64,000 nucleotides of DNA from Iphione sp. A-MEVVRFRX5 (taxonomy: Eukaryota), in the NCBI GenBank assembly GCA_976226885.1, contig OZ320315.1, positions 97,092,001 through 97,156,000 on the forward strand, written 5' to 3'. This document shows, in pieces, positions 12,658-24,421 of this stretch. The notes under the pieces were generated by a model that ran no database searches, had not been told where the DNA came from, and saw nothing but the letters and a program-made list of their open reading frames with translations. Both the position numbers and the translations under genes were made by a program. Numbering within the stretch: position 1 is the first letter of the stretch; the number at the start of each line of letters is the position of its first letter.

Positions 12658-14256
12658 TTACTGATTTAGTAGCAATTCCCCTCTCAATAGTACTAGGGAG
12701 TCACCCACATAGTTTCTTCCAGTGAAGGCGCCTAGTGCAACAGAACTGTCGTGAAGCCCACAAGCGCTCCTGTACACACTATGTGACGATATCTCAATAA
12801 GTTTCTTACCGTGCGTGTTGTATAGGTAGTCTGCACTGGCAGGGTGCTGCTCCAAACGTGTACGTAGGATATTACAGAGTGTGTCTTTCTCTGCGTTCTC
12901 CCAGATGTCAGTAGTGGATATTGAGTCGCCTATTCGTCTCACTCGTGTGGGGTCCTGTGTCTGAAGAATTTTTTGCTCGGCCTGAGAATCCTTACATTCA
13001 CGTGCTTTTGTGGTTTGGAACGCATGCTCAGCCGTTGGATACGACACTCCTTGTATAGTGACCGTTATGGGGTGGAGTGGTGACAGTATGCATGAGTGAC
13101 CACGAAATGCTAACATGTCGTTAGTGCACAGGGTGTTGGCACTTTCCAGTGTTAATCCATGCGGTAGCATGTCAATGGCGGTGTGGTTGTGTAATTTTCC
13201 TTCAAGGAGCAGAGACAGTCCTACCACGCCTGCCTTTAGCCCCTTTTTCCGAGCATAACTGGCTATTTCATGCAGATTTTGATGTTTCATTCTTGCTTCA
13301 CTGGGTACGTCCTCTCTAAGAAATATGTATGCATACTCATCAATCCCTCGAAGCTTCGATCTTTGAGAATAGATGATGTTTCTGGACTTTACTGAATTAA
13401 ACTCAATTTTAACCAGTCTTTCTCTCCCCTTTTGAAATGCTCCCAGTCTCATGACATTCCTCACGTCAGATGTATCAAACTTGGGGTCAATACAATTCAG
13501 AATGTCGTATACTGTTTCAGAGAGATTATAGGCTGTGCTATCCAGTAGGCCTGACACTATCAGATTTTTTCTTCTACTGTACGTTTCTTGAGTTAGCCGG
13601 TCTGGCTGTTGGTTGTTATTGTTTGTATCTGAACTTGACATGCTGGTCTGATTCGTCTCTTGTTCAAGTTCATGTGCTTCTTTTGTGTAGCTTGGCTTAA
13701 TGGGTTCTTTTTGTGCACATGTGATTGATTCATTATCATAATGTTCTGTCTTAGTGTGTTTTTCGAGGGATCCTATCTGTTTTTCTAGGTGGTCAATTCT
13801 CTCGTTTGCTATGGATAGGAGGTCCGCTAGCTTTATATTGTCTTGGACTAATTTTGCAATAGTGCTTTCTAGACTTTTTGTAGCAGTGTCTGTAATTTTC
13901 CTGATTTTTTCAACCTCCTGCAGTATGAAAATTTCATTGTCTAGGATGCTAGATGCAGAGATACAGTCTTGTAACATTGAACCGTTACCTCCGTAGGGGT
14001 TTGGCTCCATGCGGTCGCCCATGTCGTGTTGGCCGTGTTTGCTGCTCCCGGCTCCCAGTCTAGTGGGCGATTTTGTAGGAGGGCGCATGGTAGTCTTGTA
14101 TGCTGTACTCTTCCCTGAGTCTATCCAGTCCGGCTCAACCGATTTTGCACCCAGTATACTGATAATCTTGTTTTTCATGCACTTATGCCTATTTGAAATG
14201 TGGTCATATTCTTGTTGCCTTGCTTTGGTTGTCTTAGTTCCTGTCTTTCGAGGCAT
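12658..14256 (-). CDS. LINE ORF1p: coiled coil + L1-type RRM/CTD + C-terminal NADAR (YbiA-like) domain
   Basis: Uninterrupted ORF (track 12658..14277; first ATG 14256). Heptads LESTIAKLVQDNIKLADLLSIANERIDHLEKQI; RRKNLIVSGL...VMRLG...RLVKIEF...IFLREDVP; NADAR from ~13116: LAFRGHSCILS, YPTAEHAFQTTKA, DP..VRRIG, LIEISS, FTGRNYVGDSLVLLRGEL. Confidence 0.85.
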   Translation of the reverse strand: MPRKTGTKTTKARQQEYDHISNRHKCMKNKIISILGAKSVEPDWIDSGKSTAYKTTMRPPTKSPTRLGAGSSKHGQHDMGDRMEPNPYGGNGSMLQDCISASSILDNEIFILQEVEKIRKITDTATKSLESTIAKLVQDNIKLADLLSIANERIDHLEKQIGSLEKHTKTEHYDNESITCAQKEPIKPSYTKEAHELEQETNQTSMSSSDTNNNNQQPDRLTQETYSRRKNLIVSGLLDSTAYNLSETVYDILNCIDPKFDTSDVRNVMRLGAFQKGRERLVKIEFNSVKSRNIIYSQRSKLRGIDEYAYIFLREDVPSEARMKHQNLHEIASYARKKGLKAGVVGLSLLLEGKLHNHTAIDMLPHGLTLESANTLCTNDMLAFRGHSCILSPLHPITVTIQGVSYPTAEHAFQTTKARECKDSQAEQKILQTQDPTRVRRIGDSISTTDIWENAEKDTLCNILRTRLEQHPASADYLYNTHGKKLIEISSHSVYRSACGLHDSSVALGAFTGRNYVGDSLVLLRGELLLNQ

Positions 14257-14280
14257 TGTGCGGGATAACCAGTGCAATTT

Positions 14281-15270
14281 TTACAGAGCGCCAGACAGGC
14301 ACGTCCGACGCCATGGTATGAATGGTGCTTGAGTAGCTTCAGTGCAAGGCTTCTGCAGTTCACTCCTGACTTCTTCGAGTACGTTGCCCATAGTATTTCT
14401 CCCCTTGTAACCTCGCCGATTTGTTTGGAGGTCATCTCGACACCCGCCCACCAGTATGGGTGTTTGGTTGCCTCTACTATGATTCTGTTACCAGTAAACT
14501 TTATTCTCGAGGCCTTTGTTCTTTGTGATTTGTGTACCAGGATGTCTTTCATTATCGATCTGCACTCCTTTTTCCATGTTTCATTTCTATTTATTTTTCT
14601 CCTGATTGTGGCCAATGAGGTATTGTCTTCAATGTGTTCTGTAACTCTGGCTTTCACATCATCGCCATGTTTTGCAGCCTTTGCCCAGGAATATGGCTGT
14701 TCTGCAGATATAAAGCTAGTCTCACACCATTCAAACTTTGATCTGGTTAAATTCGAAAAAGGGGCTCCGTCGCCTGCAAAGACCACTCTGTCTTCATCTG
14801 TGCATTGTCTCGCAGCAGATATTCTGTATTCATGTTGCAGTGCGCTTAGTGATTTGTTGCTGTACCAGCTGTTGTCAATTTGAACTTTATTCTCTTAGAC
14901 GCAGGTCCTTGTCTGGGGCCACTTATTTTACTCAGCCAGCTACCGTCTGCAGGTCTTGACTTATCTTCTGCTCCGATTGACTCTCATCTTTATTTATCCA
15001 AATATTCTTTCCGCGTAGGCTTTTCTTTGCAGATAGGACCTTTTCCTAAGCTGCCAATCTTGTAAAGCGGAGGAAGATACCTCTTTTCCCATCTTTGTTT
15101 TTCCTCACTGTCCTGTAGGCTATGTCTAACTTTCTGTCAGAGACACCCCGATCAATGTGAATAGTCCCAGACACATTGCTAGTGTTGATTCACCTGGGAT
15201 TTTATCTAAACCATCTATATAGATTTTATATTTGCGATATCCCTTGTCAACTGCTGCTGTGTTGGTCATA
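14281..15270 (-). pseudogene. Second, upstream ORF1 module (RRM/CTD + NADAR), frameshifted
   Basis: RKYKIYIDGL, IDIAYRT, KKSLRGKNIWINKDES, QIDNSWYS (my translations, 14800-15270); VFAGDGAPFSNL, SAEQPYSWAKA, IVEATKHPYW (14175..14786); RNTMGNVLEEVRSEL in the next frame. Confidence 0.8.
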
Positions 15271-15299
15271 TCGGTTGTAGAATTACATAAGAGAGTTTA

Positions 15300-17050
15300 A
15301 TGGAATCAACATTTATTGTATCCAACAAGTCGAAGTAAACGTATCAGATTTGAAAAATAAATTGAGAATACATAAGTTGAAAATACATGGTACATACACA
15401 GATAATATAACATGACAAATAAGTATCAATATATGGATGAAAACATCAATACAAATATGTGAAATGGATCACAACTGGACTAGAATTTTCCTGCCATTTT
15501 TGATGACTGCAACATGAGTAACATCATCAGGGACTAGCAAAGTGAACACTATCTTGTTGATCAAAGACAAAAAGTGTTCATCATTGGACACATCAACATG
15601 AGAGTGTGTGGGACAATGTCATTGGTATCCTCATTCGAGGAGTTGGGTGGGACACTCACTCTTTCTGCTGGTTTACTGACCTTCTTAGGCAATGGAGGTT
15701 GAAGAGAGTTACTAATACATTGCTCCAGTTCGAGAGAGGGCCTTTTGTAGGTTCTTACTGCTGTAGACCTGTGACCACTACGTGATGTAATAGCCTGGTC
15801 GTCAAATTCTGCCCCAGACAATGTGGTGCAACAGGTGACTTTACCAGAGTGATCTAATATATTTCGCCCCTCTGTATTAATGCCAGCAGCCTGAAACATA
15901 GCTTGCATGCAAGTTGATAATTTGTTTATACCAACATTTTGGCTTGAAAAGGTGATCTTACAATTTACATTGGGCAGAGGCCTCTTGTAGAACCTATCGT
16001 TACTTAGAATGCAGTGGAGGTATTTCTGAAACATTCTGACAATACACCTGGGGCGTGAGGGCTGGACGTAGTGTCGTATTACATGTGGTGCTGCTTTGAA
16101 ATTCAAATGCCCAGTGACTTTTTTGGCTAATCTGCCATTGTACTCTAGGTACGTTCGTCCATCTCTTTCTTGACTGACACTATACTGTTCAGCCATCAGG
16201 TTGGAGTGTTCGTCTTTTGCCCAGAATCCGAAAACCTTGCAATTGTAAAAGTAAACGAAATAGGACATTGAGAGAGCAGACTCATCCCCAATAACCCCAG
16301 TTTCCCATAGTCTCTTCATCGTCCACCGTGACAGGGTCTTCCCATTGTGGTGTGGTGCTGATTCCGTGGGGAAACAACACTTTCCTGCATGCATCGAGTG
16401 CATCTCGGAAGATTTTAAACTGTGGGCAGTCTTTCTTGAGTAACCACACTTTAGATTAATGCAGGTTATCCCTCATGTGTGTTTGTATCCCGGCGGAAAC
16501 ATCTGTGAGTGTTCCTGAAAGTGAGAAATATATATTTAGATAAGGTGATTGAGGGCTACTTAAGTGACTATACTTATACTGGAATATTTACCTGGTGGAT
16601 AGTCCTAGTTGTCTTTTTCCCTTATCTCGCTGATGAATTGTGCCAGGCAATAATATTTTGGCAGAATCTGAGGTGTCAAATCTGGAATGGGCCACTGAGG
16701 ATCATGTTTTGATTGAGGTTTCCATGACATCTGATTATGCATTCTTTAAATAAGGCCTCTGCCCACTGTCAGGCCATCTGTCTATTCTTGGGAATCCTCT
16801 GATTGAGATGCGACTGAAATTTGATGGGTGACTGAACTGGTGGAAATCGACTGTCTAATTGGGAGTAATCCAATTCCTCCTGATTTGAACAATCGCTGAC
16901 TTCACTCTGTTGATATTGTTGACTTTGCGAGGCATAAATGTTGTTGTTCGATGGCGTCTATTTGTGTAAGAATGTGTAAGGATGACAAAAATCAGCTCGA
17001 AATTTGGTTTGTCCACATTGACTCCCAGGTCAGAAAGGTTGGTCAATGTG
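15300..17050 (-). mobile_element. Crypton-type (DUF3504/KCTD1-ZMYM-like) tyrosine-recombinase DNA transposon remnant
   Basis: YR ORF 15561..16403 plus degenerate N-terminal helices upstream (IPKN...WA, FISEIREKD..YPPG, my translation ~16580-16810); minus-strand AATAAA at 15312-15317. Confidence 0.8.
15561..16403 (-). pseudogene. Crypton tyrosine recombinase catalytic domain
   Basis: RLWETGVIG, FYNCKVFGFWAKDEH, RCIVRMFQKYL, FYKRPL, FSSQNVGINKL, DHSGKVT, SRSGHRSTAVRTYKRPS; the expected first catalytic Arg is read as Trp. Confidence 0.85.
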
Positions 17051-17198
17051 TCTTATGTAATGACTGACAACCGCTAAAAGGGGGGACTCATGCTTTAAGT
17101 GAGATATATACCTCGTTTGGCGTGTACTTGATATAGTCATACTTCAGGGATGTACGCACTTGCCTGTGCCTCAGGCTAATCCCTTCTGTGCGAATATA

Positions 17199-19240
17199 TT
17201 TTTTAAATTTTTTTTATTCAATTCTTTTCTTTTTTTTTATTCAGATAATTTACCTGGCGACACTGCCGTCAGGATTTGACTACATCAAGGTACATTCAAG
17301 TTTCTTAAGTACTATGTACATCTTATTTACAAAATATATACAGGTATATTTTACAAAATATTTACATATAGACATATGTACAAATGATGTGATGAGTCAT
17401 TATATAGGACTACATTAAGCTTGTTGTTAAGAGTGGAGCTTGTGAAATTTCTTTATTCTATAGAGAAAAGCTCCTATTTAACCAAGAATATCTCCTTCGA
17501 GAGCTTGTTAAGTAGGTGTTTTTTCAGTTCTTTTTTGAATTGTGATTTAGGTAGTTTGTTCCAGTCTACAAGAGCTCGGTATAGTGGGTTGTGTGTGTAT
17601 TGGGTAGTGTTTGGTTTTCGCCTTGGTAAGTTTGTTTGTCTCAGTATACTCTCTTCTTTGAGTTGTTGATATGAGCTATGTAGCTGATTGTGGTGTAGCG
17701 TCAGTGTATAGTAAGTACTCTTGTATCAAAATGGCATTATAATGTTTTCTAACATCAGTTTTTTATGATCATAGCAGATTGTTTTCACGGCTCTGATTAA
17801 TTGGTTCTCAAGTTTTACAAATAATTGGGAGCTTATACATTTGATTGATCCTATTCCATACTCTAGATTTGGTATGAAATATGATTTTAGAACTGTGACA
17901 CAGGTTTTTTTGTCTACTAATCTTCTGATGTGTCTAAGTAGATTTAGTAAAGAGTATGATTTCTTCAATTTTCTATCGAGTTCTGAGTTCATGCTTAAAG
18001 TTGAGTCTATAATGAAGCCAAGGTATTTATACTGATTTACTTGTCTGATATGGTTGTCACCGATTTTTATATTCAGTTCTTTCCCATTGTATTTGCTTCT
18101 TGGCCGGGTAAATAACATCGATTCGGTCTTTGTATAATTGATGGATATTCCATTTACTTGGCACCAGTTGTCCAACTGTTTGATATTCGAGTTCAGTCCA
18201 TCTTGTATTTCTTTCAATTTTTTTCCACTGTACAGAATTACCGTGTCATCGGCGTACATTACGGTAAGACAATCTTTTAACTCAGCTAAACAGTCATCTA
18301 TGAATAGAGTGAACAACATCGGCCCTAATATGCTACCTTGGGGCACTCCTACCTTTAGTTCGTGATTATCAGAGCGTGATCCATTGACTTTTGTGTTTAT
18401 ATTTCTATTCATTAGACAGACTCGCCTAAACCCATTTTTTTCAATTTTCTTATTAATATAGAGTGCTGCAATGAGTCGAAAGCTTTTTTGTTGTCAATGA
18501 ATATTGCTCCTACGATGTTGCCTTGATCAAGCTTTTCGTATATGTAACCCAATACTTTATCTAGAGCCAGAACAGTAGATCGACGCTTGCGAAAGCCAAA
18601 CTGGTTGTCTGATAAAAGATTGTTTTTTTCTATATATATCATTGTTTGGTTGAAGACTATTCGTTCCAGTATCTTACTGGGCAAGGGCAGTATGCTAATA
18701 GGGCGGTAGGAGTTCGGATCTGATTTTGCTCCCTTTCCCTTATATAAAAGGGTGATAGTGGCAGTTTTCCATAAGCTTGGCACCATATTGCTTTCTAGTG
18801 AGCAGTTAATTAGATGAACAAATTCCTTGATAAGAATTGTGATTCCCCTGATGAAAATGGCAGAATTGCAATACCCTAACCCACTCGGTTTTGTCTTGTC
18901 CAGGCTTTTGATAATTTTCAATACATCGGCTTCGCTTACTTTCTGTAGTTTCAGGACAGAGTCTGCTTTCTTGACCCCTGAGGTTGTTAGTTTGTTCTCA
19001 ATGCAATATCTAGAGTTGCCTACAGTCGCAAAGTGTCGATTTAGAGTACTCTGCCACCTGTATATCGCTCAGTTGCAGATTATTTTCACACAGCGTGATT
19101 GTTTGTGAACTCTTACCTTTGCCCAACAGATTGGATAATATTTTCCAGTAACTTTTGGGGTTATTAATGTTCAACAGTAACTGTTCTTTGATATATGCAG
19201 CTTTCTCCTCTTGCAGTCTAATTCTTACCCGAGCACCTAT
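17199..19240 (-). mobile_element. 5'-truncated CR1/L2-group LINE (unit C), RT region + A-rich tail
   Basis: YRPISILPLPSKILE, QFGFR, DNKKAFD (18412..18921); GVPQGSILGP, MYADD, YKYLG (17726..18412). T-rich tail 17199-17241 and hairpin 17253-17273. Confidence 0.92.
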
Positions 19241-19878
19241 CTGTTTTGCTCTATTTTTTTTTTTTAAACTCGTTTATTTATCCTGAACATATACACATAT
19301 GTGTTTGTATCCAGCTGTAATACACATCCTTACATATTATTAAGCATAGTTATCAATCAATCAATCCGTATCATCATATATATATGTCACTTTCACAAAG
19401 TGCATTGTATGATACGTGTTTGGATATTCCCATTTTCCCGTATTGTCTATAACTGAATAACATTCAGTATAGTGCATGCCAGACCATCCTTCCATGGTAT
19501 TTATTTATTTATAGTTAGTTTAATATTGAATATAGTATTTGTAATTATACCGTAGCAGGTCATAATGTTTTCATTAGGAGATATGGTCATCTGAATAACA
19601 TCCAGTGACCCAGTTATATGATATAATATGGTATGGTATTATTAGATATATCACTATGACGTGGTATGATATAATATAATATGATGCTGAATCACATCCA
19701 GCTCACTTGGTAGATATTATCAGACAACTTTACAATTCCTAGGTTACACACTTTTATAGAGTAATTTCAATTTAAACGTTGGCTATGTATACGATGCTGA
19801 ATCACATCCAGCTCAGATCAGATTGCCTCAGACAAAAAATGTTACAACTACCCAATTTAACTCAATTTAACTCACGGA

Positions 19879-22653
19879 TCAGATTTTAGCCCCCTTTCTT
19901 TTCTTACGTAGGACATTTTTGAATTGGCTATATAGTAGCCAGGTTTCTGTATCTTTTAGTTCATTCCATTTCAATACAGATTTGTACAGAGGACTATTTC
20001 TAAATTTCTCTGTTCTTGGTCTACTACATTTCACATTTCGCCTAGTTTTTGAGCGAGTACATCATTCATTGTTAATCTGTGTATTATCCATTACATAACA
20101 TTTACCCCAATCAAGTTGCAGCTTCAACAATCTTAATAATGTACAATCTCTGTTAACTCTAAATTCTTCCATAACTTTTGGGGTGTTAACAGCTTCAACA
20201 TTCCCATACATGACCAAGTATATCTTCTTTCTTAATGTCATTAGCTTCTTGTAATACATATTACGTTCATTCGTAAGTACATAATGACCATAGTCTATTA
20301 TTGGTAATATCATGGTATTAACTATATTCTGTGCGCAATTCAGGGTCATATACCTACGTATAACTCTAAAGTACCTCAATTTCTGTGTACCCTTATGTAA
20401 TATCTGTTTTACATGCAATTCCCATGTTAGCTTATTGTCAATAACTACTCCTAGATACTTCATATTGTCTACCTGTTTAATTTTGACACCATTCATAAAC
20501 AGTTTTAGTTGGTAGGTAGGTTTCATATACGCAATTTGCATACACGTGGTCTTTGCTGCATTAATTAGTATTTTACTACTTCTTGCCCAATTCTCTAGTT
20601 TTTCCAGTTCACCTTGCATTTTTGCCTCAGCATTTTCAATAGTATCGCCAACAGTGATTAATGCCACGTCATCTGCATACATAAGACATTTAGAATTTGT
20701 AAATATACTAGGTAGACTATTTATAAAGATCAAAAAGAAGGTAGGTCCTAACACGGACCCCTGTGGTACACCACATGTCACCTCTTCATATTCCGAGTAG
20801 TCATTGTCAATTTTGACTCTTTGTCTTCTATTCTTTAGATAATCAATGAACCAGTCTAGAATTACCTCAAATCCCATACTCTCTAAACGTTGTATTATTA
20901 TCTTATGAGATACTGAATCAAAAGCTTTTGAAAAATCAACGAATGTTACTAATACTTTCTGATTGTTATTTAAATGTTCATGTACATAGCTTAGGAATTC
21001 AAATATCGCTAGATCGGTTCCTCTCCTCCGCCTGAACCCATATTGCTCCTCTGATAGAAGTCTATTTTCTTCCAAGTATTTGTGGATTCTGTCATTAACT
21101 ATTGATTCTACCAACTTCGCTACTGTGGACAATGTACTGATGGGCCTATAATTTAGGCAGTCATTTTTATCACCTCCTTTGTATATGGGGACTACATCAG
21201 CTTTTTTCCAGTCATCATGGACTAACGAAGTATTGAAACTCGTATTAATTATATGCTTTAGTTCAAATATATGTATCAATAAAATATCCTTCAATACCTT
21301 GCCTGGAATGTCATATATTTTTGTTGATTTGTGTTCCGATATATTATTAACCTTTTTTAACAGTTCATCTAACTCAATATCCTCCCATCGAAAGTGTCTA
21401 CCACAATGAGGAACAGTTATCTCACCACTATTTATTAGGGATGCAGCTATACTTCGCCCTACATTGATGAAACAATTATTCATTCTTGTTGCAATATCTC
21501 TGTTCTGCAATTGTTCTTTGTTCACATCATGCATTACAATCTGTGAATGGGTTTTCTGAAACCCTAGTTCTCTCTTTAAAGTGTCCCAAAATTTGTGAGG
21601 ATTGTTTTTATGGTCAATACACTGTGTGGCTAGGTAATTTTGTCTAGCTGTGATTATACTATTTCGCACCACATATTTCATTTTAGTAAGTTCACGCTTA
21701 GTATCTTCACTGCCATTCCTTTTGTATTGTCTATTCAGCTTGTTTCTTGCTCTTATCTTCTGATCGATATCTGCCTCATACCAGGGTATTGTATTTCTTT
21801 TTCGTCGTTTTCTTACGACTGGCAATTCTTCATTGAACTTTGATATAATTCTGTTTATAAAGGCATCCCACCCTTCTGTTACATCATTTCCATATATTTT
21901 ACCCAAATCATCATCAGTAAAAATATTAAGCATATGTGCTTTATTTAATTCTTTATATTTTCTGTATTCAAAAAGAGGCGAAGTAGTTGTATAGGAGATT
22001 ACTAGTTCCAGAATGACAACATTATGATCACTAGGTGATTCATCTACGACATCTGTCCAATATTCATAATTCTTACTTCGGATCATGACGATATCTATTA
22101 TTGTAGACGTTTTGGGTGTTACCCGCGTAGGCTTTTTCACAATTTGTGTCAAACCATATTCATACATAAATAGCTGTAAATTATCTTTTGCTTTACTGGC
22201 ATTATTTTTCATATCACAATTAATGTCACCAACTATTATCAAATCAGTCATCTCTTTAATACCTATACTTTTAATATCTGAGTGCATTCCATCAATTAAC
22301 TCATCTATATTTTTATCTGGTGGCCGATATATATTACTGAAATATAGTCTATGATTATTCTGAGTTAACATCAGCCATTGCCTTTCATATGCATCAGTGT
22401 TCTCAAGCCTACTTCCAATATCAGTTAGTGTTATTTCATTTCGGCAGTATAATAGTAATCCTCCTCCCGTTCTATCTATTCTATCCTGTCTAATTATATA
22501 ATATCCCCGTATCTCCAAAAAGCTTTCCGAATGGAATTCTTTTAGCCATGTCTCCTGAATAAACACGATGTCTGGTTTATGCTTCAATACCAATATCCTT
22601 AGTTCATCTATCTTTCGCACTATACTACGTATGTTTAGTGATACAATCTTCAT
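19879..22653 (-). CDS. LINE ORF2 (APE + RT), 863-aa ORF plus a short C-terminus in another frame
   Basis: LNIRS, IQETWL, IYRPP, VGDIN, IIDIV, SPSDH; YRPIS, QYGFR, VDFSKAFD, GVPQGSVLGP, MYADD, KYLG. The expected end (RPRTEKFRNSPLYKSVLKWNEL...) is in a different frame ending at 19879, so there is at least one frameshift near 20060-20170. Confidence 0.92.
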
Positions 22654-23172
22654 GGAACGATTGTAATATAAAATATAGATAATTAATCCCTCCTGTAACC
22701 GGTATAAGAAACGCTATCGAAGATCTGTACCTCCCGCCCTACCAATTATTTTGGTACCGGTAGGTGTGTGGCTGTATTTTGTAGTCAGGGCAGACCGAAA
22801 TTAAATAGCATCCATTTTTTACCTTCTGGTGGCTAACATATACTCATGCTGCTCGCGTTCATCCTTCTCTTTCACTTGGTATAGGACAGCGGAATAATAT
22901 CCTGCAACAAAATACTCAGGAACAATTTTTATTAGCATTGGGTCACCCAGTAAGATATATCTCATTACATCTCATAACACTAAAAATCAGTATTAGCCTT
23001 CTTAGTTGTAACTATCATAACTCAAACTATACAATCAGTTCTCAATAGTTAAGTATCTACATAATCAAGTTTTATACTACATACTACATATGGCGCTCAA
23101 TAACATCAAGCCCACCATATTACTATCAGACATCAAAATTTTCAAAACATCAAACCTTATCACGTTTACCCG

Positions 23173-23391
23173 GGTGATCAATAACATCGATCCCCGTTTG
23201 TACTATTAAACAGATCTATTATCAATTGAGTAATACCGAGTACTTTTTTATATACATATTTATGTGATTGGGTGATCAATAACATCAATCCCCAATGGTA
23301 CTAGCAAGTGTTTCATTATACATTTAAGTTGGTGATCAATAACATCGATCCCAGTTCATAACTTAGGTTGGTGATCAATAACATCGATCCC
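23173..23391. repeat. Four dispersed copies of a 22-bp motif GGTGATCAATAACATCRATCCC
   Basis: Copies at 23173-23194, 23271-23292, 23331-23352 and 23370-23391, in the SGNH-ORF2 spacer of unit D. Confidence 0.95.
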
Positions 23392-23583
23392 AATTCATAA
23401 CTCAGCTTGTCATTCAATATTAACAATCAAGAAGCGGATCTACCCTTTCTATTTAATCATGTACAGTTAAATCCAGTCTTTACCTCTTTCAGTCTCTGTC
23501 AGTTTAAATGTCCGTCGCCAACCATGAGGGTTGGGCAGGGCGGCACAGGCAAATGACCATGTGTACCCGGTGAGATAGTCTTT

Positions 23584-24276
23584 CTACCAGAATATTAGCT
23601 TTTGTAGAGCTCTGATAATCTTTTTTACAGCTTTTGTCTTCCAGTGTGGTCTAAGATGGCATCCATCTTGAAGTCTAGCAAGTCGATAATGCCAATTCCT
23701 ACGATTACGAGTGTAGAGCACCGCATTTATCCATGGTGTTGGTATTCCTCTTGCACGGTTTAGCTGGACAATTCGGTGATTCACATTTGTTACAGTGGCA
23801 TTGATCATGTCTTGTATTCGTATATTAGCACCGTTGGATCCCCTGTAGCCATTCAGACGGTAATTGTACGTGGTATAGTCACTTGGGAATAGGGTGCTTA
23901 TCATCAGGACACTGTCTGTGAATAGACCCTGGATAATGTTCATTGCTTCTATATATGAGTCATATATTCTGTCGACCGCAATTATTGACGAAGAGTAACG
24001 AGGAACAAGGTAATGCACGTTCCTACCTGAGTTTGCCGGCATAGTCATTCGTCGGGTGATGTCGTTTCCTCCCAAACAGTAAACAATAATGTCCGGTCTG
24101 CGGCTGAGTTGTGTCCATTGCAGCTGGCGCGCCACATCGACAATTCTCCCACCGGGAAAGTATATTACTTCAATGTCACATCCCAGTTGTTCGAATATAT
24201 CCTGCATGCCTCTTCCGTGGCTTGAGGCAACAACTAAAACGTGTGGGTAAGACATATTTCCTAGTTCTTCCTGCAC
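23584..24276 (-). CDS. Stand-alone SGNH/GDSL esterase (230 aa) of LINE unit D
   Basis: VLVVASSHGRG (block I Ser), YFPGG (II), CLGGND (III), LQDGCHL (V, Asp-x-x-His); intact ORF. Confidence 0.88.
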   Translation of the reverse strand: MQEELGNMSYPHVLVVASSHGRGMQDIFEQLGCDIEVIYFPGGRIVDVARQLQWTQLSRRPDIIVYCLGGNDITRRMTMPANSGRNVHYLVPRYSSSIIAVDRIYDSYIEAMNIIQGLFTDSVLMISTLFPSDYTTYNYRLNGYRGSNGANIRIQDMINATVTNVNHRIVQLNRARGIPTPWINAVLYTRNRRNWHYRLARLQDGCHLRPHWKTKAVKKIIRALQKLIFW

Positions 24277-24421
24277 CGGTCAGTTCACTACTCTCGTAGT
24301 CGCCTCGTTTCGGGTTACGGTCTCCTCACCTGTGCCCCCACCCAACCCCCAATGGGTCAGTCGTTCGTGTAGTCAGCTCAGTTTTCCGTCCAATGTTAAT
24401 GTATTGAGTCATTCTACCGAA

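Larger units (their letters stand above)
9091..15270 (-). mobile_element. CR1/L2-group LINE, unit B: two ORF1-NADAR modules, SGNH ORF, APE-RT ORF2, (TTCAA)4 tail
   Basis: Colinear ORFs listed below; tail (TTGAA)4 at 9091-9110 next to TTTATT 9112-9117. Confidence 0.9.

Noticed and set aside
18410-18414. TAATG stop-start overlap between ORFs 18412..18921 and 17726..18412
   Set aside because: It splits the RT between domains 3 and 4, so it is a frameshift lesion rather than SART1-type coupling.
23173-23391. 22-bp repeats as a CRISPR array
   Set aside because: Spacer lengths are irregular (76, 38, 17), there are no cas genes, and the context is a eukaryotic LINE spacer.
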